A stretch of 64,000 nt of DNA from an uncultured delta proteobacterium (GCA_963841435.1 CAWJCS010000005.1:384001-448000); one strand, 5' to 3'; numbered from the stretch's first letter, positions 18,995 through 29,000 are shown. Program-made: numbers and translations. Notes: generated from the letters alone by a model not told the origin.

Positions 18995-20008
18995 GTGAGT
19001 AGGCGGCGCAAATGGTTCCGCGCGCTGCCCGTTGCCGGCACCCTGACGGCGATCGGCGGTGGAGCCGGGGCCGAGCCAGCGCAGACCAACGCGCGGCCCG
19101 AGCCTGTGTCGATCGTGGTGGAAGCCCCGAACGCCTGCGTCACGGCTCGCGATTTTTTCGACCTGGTCCGTCGGCGCACGCCGAGGATTCGACGGGCAGA
19201 CGCCGCGGAGCCTGCTCGCCGCTACCGCCTGACGATCGAGGACGATCAGCCCGTGGTCGGCAGGCTCGTCGCCGAGAACACGGACGGCACGCTCACTCCG
19301 CGCGAGGTCGAAGGTGCGAGCTGCCAGGAGGTCGCCGACGCGCTCGCCCTGGTGCTCGCCGTGACTTTGGATCCGCTCGCTGAGCTTGGACCAGCGCAGG
19401 CGCGGCCGTTGCCCGGGCCGCCGGAACGCCCATCTCCACCTCGCGTCGTCTACGCCACGGCTTCGCAAGCGCACTTTCAGCACGCCATTGGTGCCGAGGC
19501 CACCATCGCGGCGGGGCTCGTCAACAAGGCGATGCCGGGACTAGGCGCGCGCTACTGGGGCTCGCTCGTCCGGGAAGGCGCCGGGAGCATGCTCTTCACG
19601 GTCGGCGTCTTCGCCACCCTCGCCGCGGACGCCGCGGCGACGTATCCAGGTGGCGGGGCGATTCGGTACCGGCTACAGGCGCTGAGCGCCGACGGGTGTC
19701 CGCTAGGCGCTCGCATTGGGGCGCGGGTGGGTCTCTATCCTTGCATCGCGCTGACCGTGGGCCGACTGCAGGCCCAAGGGATCGACCTGCCTGGCCAGCA
19801 GTCGGACACCGCCCTTTTCGTGGCCGCCGGGCTCGGGGGTCGCTGGATGATCCGCCTCGCCGGGCCGCTCGACCTGCTCGGCGCGGCCGGACTGTCCATC
19901 CCGCTCGGTAAATACCCGACGGTCGTGACGAGGGCCGAGCAGCCGGTCGGCGGGACGAAACCCGTGGGATTCACCGGCGCGCTGGGCGTCGGTTTCAGCA
20001 CGCCCTGA
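18995..20008 (+). CDS. Hypothetical secreted/outer-membrane protein of a myxobacterial ECF cassette
   Basis: N-terminal APNAC...REVEGASCQEVADALALVLAVTLDP domain, Pro linker, amphipathic beta-strand C-terminus ending GALGVGF. Confidence 0.7.
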   Translation: MSRRRKWFRALPVAGTLTAIGGGAGAEPAQTNARPEPVSIVVEAPNACVTARDFFDLVRRRTPRIRRADAAEPARRYRLTIEDDQPVVGRLVAENTDGTLTPREVEGASCQEVADALALVLAVTLDPLAELGPAQARPLPGPPERPSPPRVVYATASQAHFQHAIGAEATIAAGLVNKAMPGLGARYWGSLVREGAGSMLFTVGVFATLAADAAATYPGGGAIRYRLQALSADGCPLGARIGARVGLYPCIALTVGRLQAQGIDLPGQQSDTALFVAAGLGGRWMIRLAGPLDLLGAAGLSIPLGKYPTVVTRAEQPVGGTKPVGFTGALGVGFSTP

Positions 20009-20039
20009 CCGAAACTGATCAGAAAGCCCCCCTCGGTCC

Positions 20040-20652
20040 ATGGCGCCCATGACGACGGTGGACACGGCGTTCGACACGGAAAACCTCGGGGTTGCGCCCG
20101 CCGCCACTCGAGCACCCTTGGCGCCCAATCAGACCCTGCGGCTCCAGGAGCTCGTGGATCGGTACTTCGACTTTGCCTGGCGGTCGCTGCGCCGCCTCGG
20201 CGTGCCGGAGACGAGCGTCAACGACGCCGCCCAGCAGCTCTTCTTGGTCCTGGCGGCCAAGCTCGACGTGATCGACCCTGGTCGGGAGCGCTCCTTCGTC
20301 TTCGGCACGGCGCTACGTGTGGCGTCCGACTGGCGCCATGCGCTCCGCCGCGAACGCAAGCGTGGCTCCGACGACGCCGAAGTCCTGCGCGATCCACTGC
20401 CCGGACCCGACGAGCTCCTCCACCACAAGCGCGCCCGCGAGCTGCTCGAATCGATTGCTCGACGCGCTGCCAATGGAGCTTCGCACCGTTTTGGTGCTCG
20501 CCGAGGGCGAGGGTATGACCATGTCCGAAATCGCTCAGCTTTGCGAGATCCCGCAGGGCACCGTGGCGTCGCGGTTGCGTCGAGCACGGAGCTCCGTGCT
20601 CGGGATGCTCGAGGCGCTGCAGACCAGGAACGGCGCGGGAGGCCCACGATGA
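20040..20652 (+). CDS. ECF sigma-70 factor (one frameshift at about 20449-20450)
   Basis: Region 2 (FAWRSLRRLGV..DAAQQLF) is in one frame and region 4 (MTMSEIAQLCEIPQGTVASRLRRAR) in another. Deleting one A from GAAT restores ARELLDRLLDALP. Confidence 0.88.
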
Positions 20653-21455
20653 TCGAGTCGGACACGCGGGGACCGAACGACCCCGAGCGCACTTTGGAGA
20701 CGCTGCTTCGCTCGATGTCCGGCGACGCTCCGTCTCCTTCCGCCAAGCGCGCCACCCTCGCCGCCCTGGGGCTCGGCGCCGCCGCGACGACCACGGCGGG
20801 AGCCGCAGGCGCGCTCGGCGTCGCCGGCACGGCGAAGCTGCTCGGGGTGGGCGCCCTCCTGGGTCTCGCGGTGACGGGCGTCACCGTGGGGATTCGACAC
20901 GCCGTGTCGCAAGCGCCGCCGAACCCGACGCACGCGGTTGCCGTGAGGCGGGCGCCACCAGCGGTCGCGCAGCGCTCGGTGCCAGTGAGCGCACCGGCGC
21001 CAGTTCCTCCCGCAACTCGGGGCGAACCAAGCGAACTTTCAAGCACCCGGGCGGCACCGGTTCGTACCGCGCCAGCTCGTTCATCGTCCGATCCGCGGCC
21101 TGGCTCCGCGCGGGGTCCCGACGGCAACACGTCCGCTCGGGACGCGTCGCCATCGGTCGCGCAATTCGACCTCCCCCCACGCGCCGACTCTTCGCTTCGC
21201 GACGAGACCGCAGCGCTCGATCGGGCGCGGTCGGCTATTGCCGCCAACGATGCCCGAGCGGGCCTGATGGCGCTCGATCGCTACGATGCCGCCTTTCCAC
21301 ACGGCGCGCTCTCGCCGGAGGCCGAGTTATTGCGCGTCAAGGCGCTGGCCATGACAGGCGATCACCTCGGCGCGCAGGCGCTCGCGCGGGCGTTCATTGC
21401 CAAGCACCCGGAGGCTCCGCATCTCGAGCAGCTCCGTCCCGTGCTCGAGCCGTGA
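20649..21455 (+). CDS. Putative membrane anti-sigma factor with C-terminal TPR-like domain
   Basis: ATGA overlap with the sigma stop; single TM segment, Pro-rich linker, LRDETAALDRARSAI...LDRYDAAFPHGALSPEAELLRVKAL. Confidence 0.78.
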   Translation: MIESDTRGPNDPERTLETLLRSMSGDAPSPSAKRATLAALGLGAAATTTAGAAGALGVAGTAKLLGVGALLGLAVTGVTVGIRHAVSQAPPNPTHAVAVRRAPPAVAQRSVPVSAPAPVPPATRGEPSELSSTRAAPVRTAPARSSSDPRPGSARGPDGNTSARDASPSVAQFDLPPRADSSLRDETAALDRARSAIAANDARAGLMALDRYDAAFPHGALSPEAELLRVKALAMTGDHLGAQALARAFIAKHPEAPHLEQLRPVLEP

Positions 21456-21505
21456 TCAATCGGTGCGGGTCGGCCCATAGCGGCTGTGGAGGCACACGGG
21501 AACCG

Positions 21506-22738
21506 ATGAGAACAACGACCAGTCCGAGTTGGGGCACGCTGACCCTCTTGCTCGTCGCGTGCGGGAGCAATCTCACGGTTGGAGCGGAGGCGGGCGCAGG
21601 CGCGGGGGGCTCTGTCGGGACCGGCGCGGGGGGCGCCGGCGGGACGGGGGGGAGCGGGGCGAGCGGGGGCGCCGCGGGCTCTGCTGCTGTGACTGGAGAT
21701 GCCGGGGCGAGCGAACCGAGCGGGGTGGGAGGAACCTCTGCAGCCAGCGGCGGCTCGACGAGCAACCCGGGCGGTTTGCCCTGTGACGTTTTGAGCGAGG
21801 TCGGCCACCCTTGTGTCTCGGCGCACAGCACGGTGCGCGCCATCGTCAGCAACTACGCGGCAAACCTCTACGAAGTTCGCCGCGCGGACGGCCAGACGAG
21901 GGACATCGGGGTCGTGGACGGTTACGCCGACGCGGCCTCGCAAGCAGCCTTCTGCGCTGGTTTCGCCTGCACGATCTCGGTCATCTACGATCAGTCCGGA
22001 CAGGGTAACGATCTCACTCCTGCACCCGCCGGCGGGGCCAAACCGAATCCCGACGACCCCGCGAACGCCGTCAAGCTGCCGGTCACGCTCAACGGACACT
22101 CGGCCTACGGCGTCCTCATCGAACCCGGCATGGGCTATCGCAAATTGGTGGGCAACGGGACGGCAGGCGGTGACGAGCCCGAAACCATCTACATGGTCAC
22201 GAGCCAGAAGGATCAAACACCGGGGTGCTGCTTCGACTACGGCAACGCCGAGACGACCGCGAACGACGATGGTGACGGCGCCATGGAAGCCGTCCACTTC
22301 GGGAGCGTCACGATCTGGGGCAGCGGTGTCGGCAACGGCCCATGGGTCATGGCTGACCTTTCGAACGGCTTGTTTGCCGGCTGGGAGGACGGGCAGGAAA
22401 GGGCCATCTCGACCAACATGCCCGTCCTATACGACTTCGTCACGGCGGTGATCGTCGGCGACACCTCGGACGAGAACGGCGGGAAGGGTCGGTTTGCGCT
22501 CTATGGCGGCGACGCGACCAACGGCGCGCTCCAAACCATGTACGACGGCGTAAGGCCCGGCAGAGGCACCTACGCCCCCATGCACAAGCAAGGCTCCATC
22601 GTCCTCGGCATCAGCGGCGACAACAGCGCCGTCGGTGGGGGACGCTTCTACGAAGGCGCAATGGCGAACGGCGCTGCCACGAACGAGACCGTCAACGCCC
22701 TCCAGGCGGCGATCGTTGCGGCAAGATACGGGCAGTAA
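21506..22738 (+). CDS. GH54 alpha-L-arabinofuranosidase B catalytic-domain lipoprotein
   Basis: Lipobox LVAC, Gly linker, PCD..CVSAHSTVRA, IYDQSGQGNDL, CCFDYGNAE, MEAVHFG, GPWVMADL, KQGSIVLGISGDNS, FYEGAM. Confidence 0.92.
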   Translation: MRTTTSPSWGTLTLLLVACGSNLTVGAEAGAGAGGSVGTGAGGAGGTGGSGASGGAAGSAAVTGDAGASEPSGVGGTSAASGGSTSNPGGLPCDVLSEVGHPCVSAHSTVRAIVSNYAANLYEVRRADGQTRDIGVVDGYADAASQAAFCAGFACTISVIYDQSGQGNDLTPAPAGGAKPNPDDPANAVKLPVTLNGHSAYGVLIEPGMGYRKLVGNGTAGGDEPETIYMVTSQKDQTPGCCFDYGNAETTANDDGDGAMEAVHFGSVTIWGSGVGNGPWVMADLSNGLFAGWEDGQERAISTNMPVLYDFVTAVIVGDTSDENGGKGRFALYGGDATNGALQTMYDGVRPGRGTYAPMHKQGSIVLGISGDNSAVGGGRFYEGAMANGAATNETVNALQAAIVAARYGQ

Positions 22739-22889
22739 CCCGGGCGGGAACGACGAACACCGCGGCTGCGCCCTTCGGGTCACGACTCGATGTGCGCGGC
22801 CTGGCGCGCAACGGATGGACGACACGACCATCCCTCGTCCTTGTGCGCCCTGCCGGGATGTGCCAAATCTCCCGTGACTTCAACGATTT

Positions 22890-22961
22890 GCGCCCGTAGC
22901 TCAGTGGAAGAGCGGTGGATTTCTAATCCACTGGTCAGGGGTTCGAATCCCTTCGGGCGCG
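22890..22961 (+). tRNA. tRNA-Arg (anticodon TCT)
   Basis: Acceptor GCGCCCG/CGGGCGC, D-arm GCTC..GAGC, anticodon stem GTGGA/TCCAC with loop TT-TCT-AA, T-loop GGTTCGAATCC; CCA not encoded. Confidence 0.95.
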
Positions 22962-23180
22962 CTAATCGCCAAGACCGCGAACAACAACGAAAACACCGGC
23001 CGCTTCCGCTTGTTTGGCTTGGTGCGGCACAGCGAGCGGCAGCGCGCGAAGCAGGACGGACCCGGACGGATCGGGACTGGCGGGACGCGTGCGGCACGGG
23101 TGAAGGATAGTATCGGCGCGTCCCCTCATGCCACATCCGCTCACGAGCGACGCCCCGCCCCCCGCACTTCTCGGGGCCGC

Positions 23181-24709
23181 TCACAGCACCTCCGGCGTAC
23201 AAACCTCCACACTACTCAACATCTCCGTCCCGTTGTTCCCCCCGATGATCAGCACCCGCCCGTCGGGAAGCAGCGTCGCCGAATGACTCCACCGCGCGGT
23301 GTTCAGCGGGGCCGTGTCGGCAAATTCGCCCGTGGTCTCGTCGTAGAGCAAGGCGCTCGACATCGCTGAGGGCCGGCGCTGGAGCTGCCGCCGACGAGGA
23401 GGACGCGGCCGTCGTGAAGCAGCGTGGTCGTGTGGATCCAGCGGGGTGCGGGGAGTGGTTGACCCGCGGACCAGGCGTTCGTTTGGGGATCGTAGATTTC
23501 GGTCGAGGCGGCGGGGGTGGGGTCGGGGGCTTGGGGGTAGCCGCCGGAGACGAGGACGCGGCCGCTCTTCAGGAGGACGGGGGCGTGGCCGTTGCGCATG
23601 CGACTCATCGTGCCGGCGGAAGACCAGGTGCCGTGGGTTGGGTTGTAGACTTCTGCTTCGAGCACGGCGGGGGAGTAGGGCTCGGTCGAGAAGCCGCCCG
23701 AGACGAGGACTTTGCCGCTGGCGAGTAGAGTCGGCTCGAAGCCCCAGCGCGGGGTTTCTTCGGCGCCGGTGGCTGACCACGTTTCGGTTGCGGGGTCGTA
23801 GAGGGCTGTCGTGTCGATGACGTCGCCGCCGATGAGCAAGACCTTGCCGCTTTCGAGCAGAACCGCCGCGCCGGGACCTGGGGGCGGAGCCGTCGGTGTC
23901 CAGGTGTCGGTGGACGGGTCGTAGAGCTCGGCCGATTCAACGGACCAGCCCTCAGCCGTTCCGCCCTCGACGAGCACGCGACCGTCCTTCAGAGGGACCA
24001 CCGCCGGGCCGCTGCGCTTTTCGCCCATGGCGGCAGCAGAGGACCAGGTGTTGGTGCACGGGTCGTAGAGCGCTGCGGTCGCGAGATCCGTCGCGGTGCT
24101 CACCGAGCCGCTGAAACCACCGACGACGAGGACCTTGCCGCTTTCGAGCAGAACGGCCCCATGCTGACCCCGCGTTTCGTCCATCGGGGCGACCAGGTCG
24201 CAGTGCGCTGGACCCGATACCGCCGCTCCACAGTTGGTCGGGATCGGGGTGCGGCCGGTGCCGCCGGTGCCGCCGGTGCCGCCGGTGCCGCCGGTGCCGC
24301 CGGTGCCTGCACTGCCGCCCGTCTCACCGCTGGTGTTACCCGCGCTGCCGGATTCTCCCGCAGCGTTGCTCTCACCCGCGCTGCTGGTGGCACCGGCGCC
24401 GGGGTTCCCGCCCGAGCCGGTTGCGCTCTCTCCCGCGTCGTCCCCTGGCTCGCCACCGGTGCTCGCCTTGGTTCCCGGGGTGCCGCCCATCGCAACGCCG
24501 CCGGTGCGTCCCGCCGCTCCTGAATCGTTTCCGCCAACAGGCTTGCCGGGGGTCAACATGGGGCGAGTGCCCCCTGCCCCGGCAACGCACCGCGCACCCT
24601 GACATGCGGAACCGTCATCGGTCCCTGCACTACCGATCGACCTGCCGCAGGCAGCAGCGAGGAGTACCGGAACGATCAGATTTCTCAAGCGAGACGGTGT
24701 CCGAAGCAT
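23181..24709 (-). CDS. Kelch-repeat beta-propeller lipoprotein (one frameshift near 23370)
   Basis: Lipobox AAAC, Gly/Thr linker, repeated H.A.LL.sGkVLv.GG...A.lYDP.t.tWs units; the last repeat continues in another frame (SAMSSALLYDETTGEF). Confidence 0.88.
24254..24307. repeat. 9-bp tandem repeat GCCGGTGCC x6 (GTG linker codons)
   Basis: Six exact copies read directly, inside the Kelch gene linker. Confidence 0.9.
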
Positions 24710-24713
24710 GGGC

Positions 24714-25073
24714 CTAGCCTCCGAAGCCGACCCCGAGCGCGCGGTCGAGGTAGTGCGTGAGGCGTGGATGATCGCCGACGATGTGGATCTGGTAGCTCGG
24801 GTTCAAGCCGACGAACATCTGGATCGGGCGGTCACGGAAGATGCCCAGCATAATAGATCCCGAGGCGAATCCCCGTGTATTGGCCGCCCCGGTAGCTCCG
24901 TCAGCGACCCTGAACTTGTACTCAATCGGCGGATCCGCTTCCTCGATCACCTTGAGGCGGAGCTGGATTCGCTTGCGCGCCTCGGCCGCGGCGACCCGCT
25001 TGCCGTCGATCGTGGCGCCGGCGAACAGGGCCTCGATAGCACGGAGCTTTTCGAGCAGGCGCGCTTCGTCCAC
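24714..25073 (-). pseudogene. Truncated/chimeric hypothetical ORF
   Basis: The N-terminus (LLEKLRAIEALFAGAT..G.R.AAAEARKRI...DPPIEYKF) resembles a conserved hypothetical family, then switches abruptly to a beta-strand-like tail ending ALGVGFGG. Confidence 0.45.
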
Positions 25074-25198
25074 GACGCCCTTCGCGTATCACGGCAGGGT
25101 GAAGGGCGGAGTGGGCTTTCCTCCGACACCAGATTGTCCACAGCGAGCCGAGCGACGGAAGGCAACTCAGTCCGCTGTCCGACCGAACGGAGAAGGCG

Positions 25199-26575
25199 AT
25201 GCGCCTCCTCTTCGACCACGGGACCTTGGTTCTCGCCGAAGCGCCCGATCTGAATCTTGATTTCGTGCCGGGGTTGCTCTGGGACGACCGCGTCGCCCTC
25301 TTCCGTGCGCCGGCCTGGCGCTACCCCGACGTGGTCGAGTCGCTAACGCGGCGAGGGCTGCCTTTTCGCGATGAAGTTCGCGCCCCTACCACGGCCACCC
25401 AAGCCACGGGACCGTGGTGCGCGGTCGAGCTGCGGCCCTATCAAACGGCCGCCGCGTTCTCCTGGGAGCTCTCTGGTCGGCGCGGGCTCGTGGTCCTGCC
25501 GACAGGGAGCGGCAAGACGCGCGTCGCTATGGCGGCCATGGCGACCACGGGGGCAAGAGCGTTGTGCCTCGTCCCGACGAGGGTACTTCTCGAGCAGTGG
25601 CTCGCCGAGCTCCAGAGAGTCCATGAAGGGCCGGTCGGGTGTCTGGGCGACGGTCAGCGGCGCATCGAGGCCGTCACGGTGGCGACGTTCGAAAGCGCTT
25701 ACCGCCACATGCCCCGCATCGGTCGAGACTTCGAGCTCTTGATCGTGGACGAGGTTCACCACTTCGGAGTCGGGATCCGTGATGAGGTGCTCGAGATGTC
25801 CGTCGCACGTTTTCGCCTTGGGCTCACCGCGACACCGCCCGAGAATCAGGCCCTCACTCGACTGAACGAGCTCGTGGGACCCGTCGTGTACCAGCTGGCT
25901 GTGGGTGACCTCGCCGGGACTTGGCTTGCCGAATTCGACCTCGTCGTCCTTCAGCTCGGAATGAACGCTGACGAGCGCGAGCGCTACGCCGCCGATCATC
26001 GCGTCTTTTCAGAGGTCAACCGCCGCTTCCGGCGTCTGCATCCCCAGGGAACCTGGCAGGAATTCGTCTTCGCCGCGTCGCAGTCGAGTGACGGGCGAGC
26101 GGCGCTCTCGGCGTGGCGGAGGACCCAACGGCTGATCGCTTTCACGCGGGCGAAAGCCGACGCAGTGGGCGTGCTGCTCGAGCGTCACCCCGACGCGCGG
26201 GTTCTGATCTTTACCGGAGACAACGAGAGCGCGTACGCGATTGCGCGCGAGCACTTGATCATGCCGATCACCTGCGATGTCTCGCGCACCGAACGCGCGC
26301 GCGCCCTCGAAGCCTTCAGGAGCGGTGAGCTCCGTGCCCTTGTCAGCGCGCGCGTGCTCAACGAGGGCATCGACGTGCCGGATGCCGAGGTCGCCATCAT
26401 CGTGGCGGGTGCGCACGGAAAGCGCGAGCACGTTCAGCGCGTCGGTCGGCTGCTCCGCCCGGCACCCGGGAAACGGGCGGTCGTGTACGAGCTCGTGACC
26501 ATGGCGACGGGCGAAGCGAGGAGAGCGCGCGAAAGGAGGCACGCACTTGCTGCCACAAACCCTGCTGGCGCTTAG
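25199..26575 (+). CDS. XPB/Rad25-like SF2 DNA helicase
   Basis: ELRPYQ, LPTGSGKT, DEVHH, LGLTATP, RVLNEGIDVPDA, QRVGRLLRP; N-terminal RAPAWRY domain typical of XPB2-type proteins. Confidence 0.92.
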   Translation: MRLLFDHGTLVLAEAPDLNLDFVPGLLWDDRVALFRAPAWRYPDVVESLTRRGLPFRDEVRAPTTATQATGPWCAVELRPYQTAAAFSWELSGRRGLVVLPTGSGKTRVAMAAMATTGARALCLVPTRVLLEQWLAELQRVHEGPVGCLGDGQRRIEAVTVATFESAYRHMPRIGRDFELLIVDEVHHFGVGIRDEVLEMSVARFRLGLTATPPENQALTRLNELVGPVVYQLAVGDLAGTWLAEFDLVVLQLGMNADERERYAADHRVFSEVNRRFRRLHPQGTWQEFVFAASQSSDGRAALSAWRRTQRLIAFTRAKADAVGVLLERHPDARVLIFTGDNESAYAIAREHLIMPITCDVSRTERARALEAFRSGELRALVSARVLNEGIDVPDAEVAIIVAGAHGKREHVQRVGRLLRPAPGKRAVVYELVTMATGEARRARERRHALAATNPAGA

Positions 26576-27797
26576 TACTCGAACCGACGGGGAAAGCATC
26601 GTCCCGCACTACCTCACCGAGCGTGATCATCCGTGGCTCCGGGCGGTCCTCGACGAGCACGCTCGCTTCGTGGGGCGGAGACGGAGCGAGCTCTCCGAAC
26701 GGATGCGAGAGCCCCTTCCGGTCCGGGCACCGCGGGCCAAGTTGCGCGTGGTGTCCCATCTCTTGGATGCGCTGGGACGCGACCACACCGCTACCGCCGT
26801 GCCGCCACGTGAAGCACGCTGGTCCACCTTTCGAGCGGCGACTCGGCGTCCAATGGTCCGCAGCGCCGTCCTCGCGAACGCGGCGCGTGCCCTCAACGTG
26901 AGCCCCAGCGACGTCGAATCGGCCCTGTTCGGAGATCTGAAGAGCGAGCGCCGGGTCGCAGCGCTGCCGGAGGATCTCGGCCCCGCGCGCCTCGCCGTCG
27001 AAGCCAACCTGTCAATCGTGGGCTCTCTGCTCCGGCGCGCGGCGCGCGTTCGCATCACGGCTTGGGGGAACACGCGCGCTCTCCTTCGGCAGGCACGACT
27101 CATGGGGCTCATCTGCCTGGTGAAGCGAGCGCCACCGCCCGGGGAGGAATGGCGCTCTGCTGTCGCTGGGTTCGACGAGGTGCCATGCAGCGAGCCTGCC
27201 GAAGGCGTCGTTCTCGACGTGTCGGGACCCTTCACGTTATTCCGACACACCGAGGTCTACGGCCGAGCCCTCGCTGGGCTCGTTCCGCGAGCAGCCTGGT
27301 GCAACCGCTTCGAGCTCGTCGCCGATTGTGCGCTCGGTCGGGGCGGCCACACCGCGAAGCTCGTGGTGCGCTCGGGGGACCCAATTGCCCCCGGCCGCGA
27401 GCTCGCCCGCTACGATAGCCGTCTCGAAGAGCGCTTCGAGCACGACTTTCGCCGTGCGGCGCCCACGTGGGACCTGGTGCGCGAGCCGCGCCCCGTGGAG
27501 GCCGCCGGCACTCTCATCTTCCCCGACTTCGAGCTCTTGCACCGGCGCGATCCCGAGCGCCGATGGCTGCTGGAGATCGCGGGCTTCTGGACGCCGGAGT
27601 ACCTCGAGTCCAAGCTCCGACGACTGCGCGCAGCAGGTCTTCATCGGTTGGTGCTCTGCATTGACGAGCGTCGGCGCTGCACCGATGCGGAGTTCCCTCG
27701 CGACGCCTGGGTCGTACGCTACCGGAACCGGATCGACCCAGCGGCGATCCTGGCGATCGTCGACCCACAGAGCACGAAACCACCGTGTCGCGCGTGA
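26547..27797 (+). CDS. DUF790 family (Bax1-like) PD-(D/E)xK endonuclease
   Basis: ALFGDLKSE, SGPFTLFRHTEVYGRALA, YDSRLEERF, WDLVREP, FPDF...LEIAGFWTPEYLESKL; overlaps the helicase end. Confidence 0.9.
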   Translation: MLPQTLLALSTRTDGESIVPHYLTERDHPWLRAVLDEHARFVGRRRSELSERMREPLPVRAPRAKLRVVSHLLDALGRDHTATAVPPREARWSTFRAATRRPMVRSAVLANAARALNVSPSDVESALFGDLKSERRVAALPEDLGPARLAVEANLSIVGSLLRRAARVRITAWGNTRALLRQARLMGLICLVKRAPPPGEEWRSAVAGFDEVPCSEPAEGVVLDVSGPFTLFRHTEVYGRALAGLVPRAAWCNRFELVADCALGRGGHTAKLVVRSGDPIAPGRELARYDSRLEERFEHDFRRAAPTWDLVREPRPVEAAGTLIFPDFELLHRRDPERRWLLEIAGFWTPEYLESKLRRLRAAGLHRLVLCIDERRRCTDAEFPRDAWVVRYRNRIDPAAILAIVDPQSTKPPCRA

Positions 27798-27953
27798 GAC
27801 ACAGCGTGGCGATTCGCCCTCGCCGGGCCGCCGCTGAATTCGCGCTACGCTGGAGTGACTCGCAACCAGCGGGGGCGTTTCCTCGGGTAGAATGGCACCG
27901 CAACGAAGTTCATGTTACTACTCAGTTCGTACCTACGTATAACGCCGCATCCC

Positions 27954-28178
27954 ATGATCAAGAAACTCTCCGCCGTCGGCAACAGCCTTGGCCTCATCAT
28001 CGAGCGCCCGATCCTCGAGTTGCTCGAGATCACCAAGGACACGCCCCTCGAGATCAAGACGGACGGCAAGGCCCTCATTATCCGTCCGTCCAGGCTCAAC
28101 AAGAAGGAGCGGATCCGTGAGTCCACGAAGCGGATGATGTCGATCCACGAGCAGACCCTTCGAAAACTGGCGAAGTGA
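27954..28178 (+). CDS. AbrB/MazE/SpoVT-fold antitoxin
   Basis: MIKKLSAVGNSLGLIIERPILELLEI...LEIKTDGKALIIRP; GTGA overlap with the toxin. Confidence 0.9.
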   Translation: MIKKLSAVGNSLGLIIERPILELLEITKDTPLEIKTDGKALIIRPSRLNKKERIRESTKRMMSIHEQTLRKLAK

Positions 28179-28570
28179 CCTTGGCCGAGCCGCTCTTCCT
28201 CGATGTCGAGGACGTCATCGCGATCCACGCGACCCAGCTGGAGGCGTACGGAGGCTCAGCAGGTCTGCGCGACCGTGGGCTGCTCGAATCCGCAGTGGCA
28301 CAGCCGCAAGCTTCGTTCGGCGGCGAGTTTGCCAACGAAGGTCCGTTTGCAATGGCGTCAGCGTATCTTTTTCACATCGTCAGCAATCATCCATTCGTCA
28401 ACGGGAACAAGCGAACGGGGCTGCTGGCGGCTGTGGTCTTCCTCGACGTGAACGGCATCAGCCTCGAGCAGCCGTCCGACGACCTCTACGACCTGACGAT
28501 GGGCGTGGCCCAGGGGCGCCTCGACAAACCAGCCATCGCCGCCGAGCTCGAGCGCATCGCCAGAAAATGA
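28175..28570 (+). CDS. doc: Death-on-curing (Doc/Fic) family toxin
   Basis: GLRDRGLLESAVAQP and the Doc motif HPFVNGNKRT. Confidence 0.93.
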   Translation: MTLAEPLFLDVEDVIAIHATQLEAYGGSAGLRDRGLLESAVAQPQASFGGEFANEGPFAMASAYLFHIVSNHPFVNGNKRTGLLAAVVFLDVNGISLEQPSDDLYDLTMGVAQGRLDKPAIAAELERIARK

Positions 28571-28573
28571 GCC

Positions 28574-28805
28574 TCAGCGCGATTTTCGAGGACGGGGCCG
28601 CTTCGTCGCCGGCGTCGGGCTCCCGCGGCGCGTCGCCGAGTTCGCCGGGGCCGCGGAGCTTGCTGAATATCGGGTGGCATTCTTCCGGGCACGCTCCGGT
28701 GCGGTCGCTTTCGCTGAGCGCGCGGCCCCGGTCGCCGGCACGGCGGGCTTTCCTTCTTCGATCTCAATGCCAAACAGCTCGGGCAAGGAAGCTCCGGCGA
28801 GCGTG
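28574..28805 (-). pseudogene. C-terminal remnant resembling the tail of SWIM zinc-finger proteins that partner SNF2 helicases
   Basis: TLAGASLPELFGIEIE followed by a basic low-complexity tail; no N-terminal part is present. Confidence 0.45.
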
Positions 28806-29000
28806 CCGCGCCGCGCTGCTCCTCCAAGTCGGGGCTCGCGCACACTCTAGCGACGAACCTCTTGCCGAGCTCGCGGAACCACGCCGCGCTGGCGGGAAGC
28901 GAGGTTTCGAGCTCGCTAGCTCCGAGGTTCAGCACTCCGTGGGACCAGCCGCGCTCGAACGCAGCCTCAATGCGTGTCGCGGCGGCCGAATCAACCGGTA
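28806..29000 (-). pseudogene. N-terminal remnant of a SNF2-family helicase
   Basis: RIEAAFERGWSHGVLNLGASELETSLPASAAWFRELGKRFVARVCASPDLEE resembles the N-terminus of SWIM-associated SNF2 helicases; only about 65 codons remain. Confidence 0.55.

Noticed and set aside
20040-21455. 471-aa natural sigma/anti-sigma fusion protein
   Set aside because: Better explained by a 1-base insertion; sigma region 4 is intact in the other frame and ends in an ATGA overlap with the anti-sigma.
22770-22780. CCCTTCGGG as an att-site copy of the tRNA 3' end
   Set aside because: The match is too short, lies upstream of the tRNA, and has no integrase nearby.
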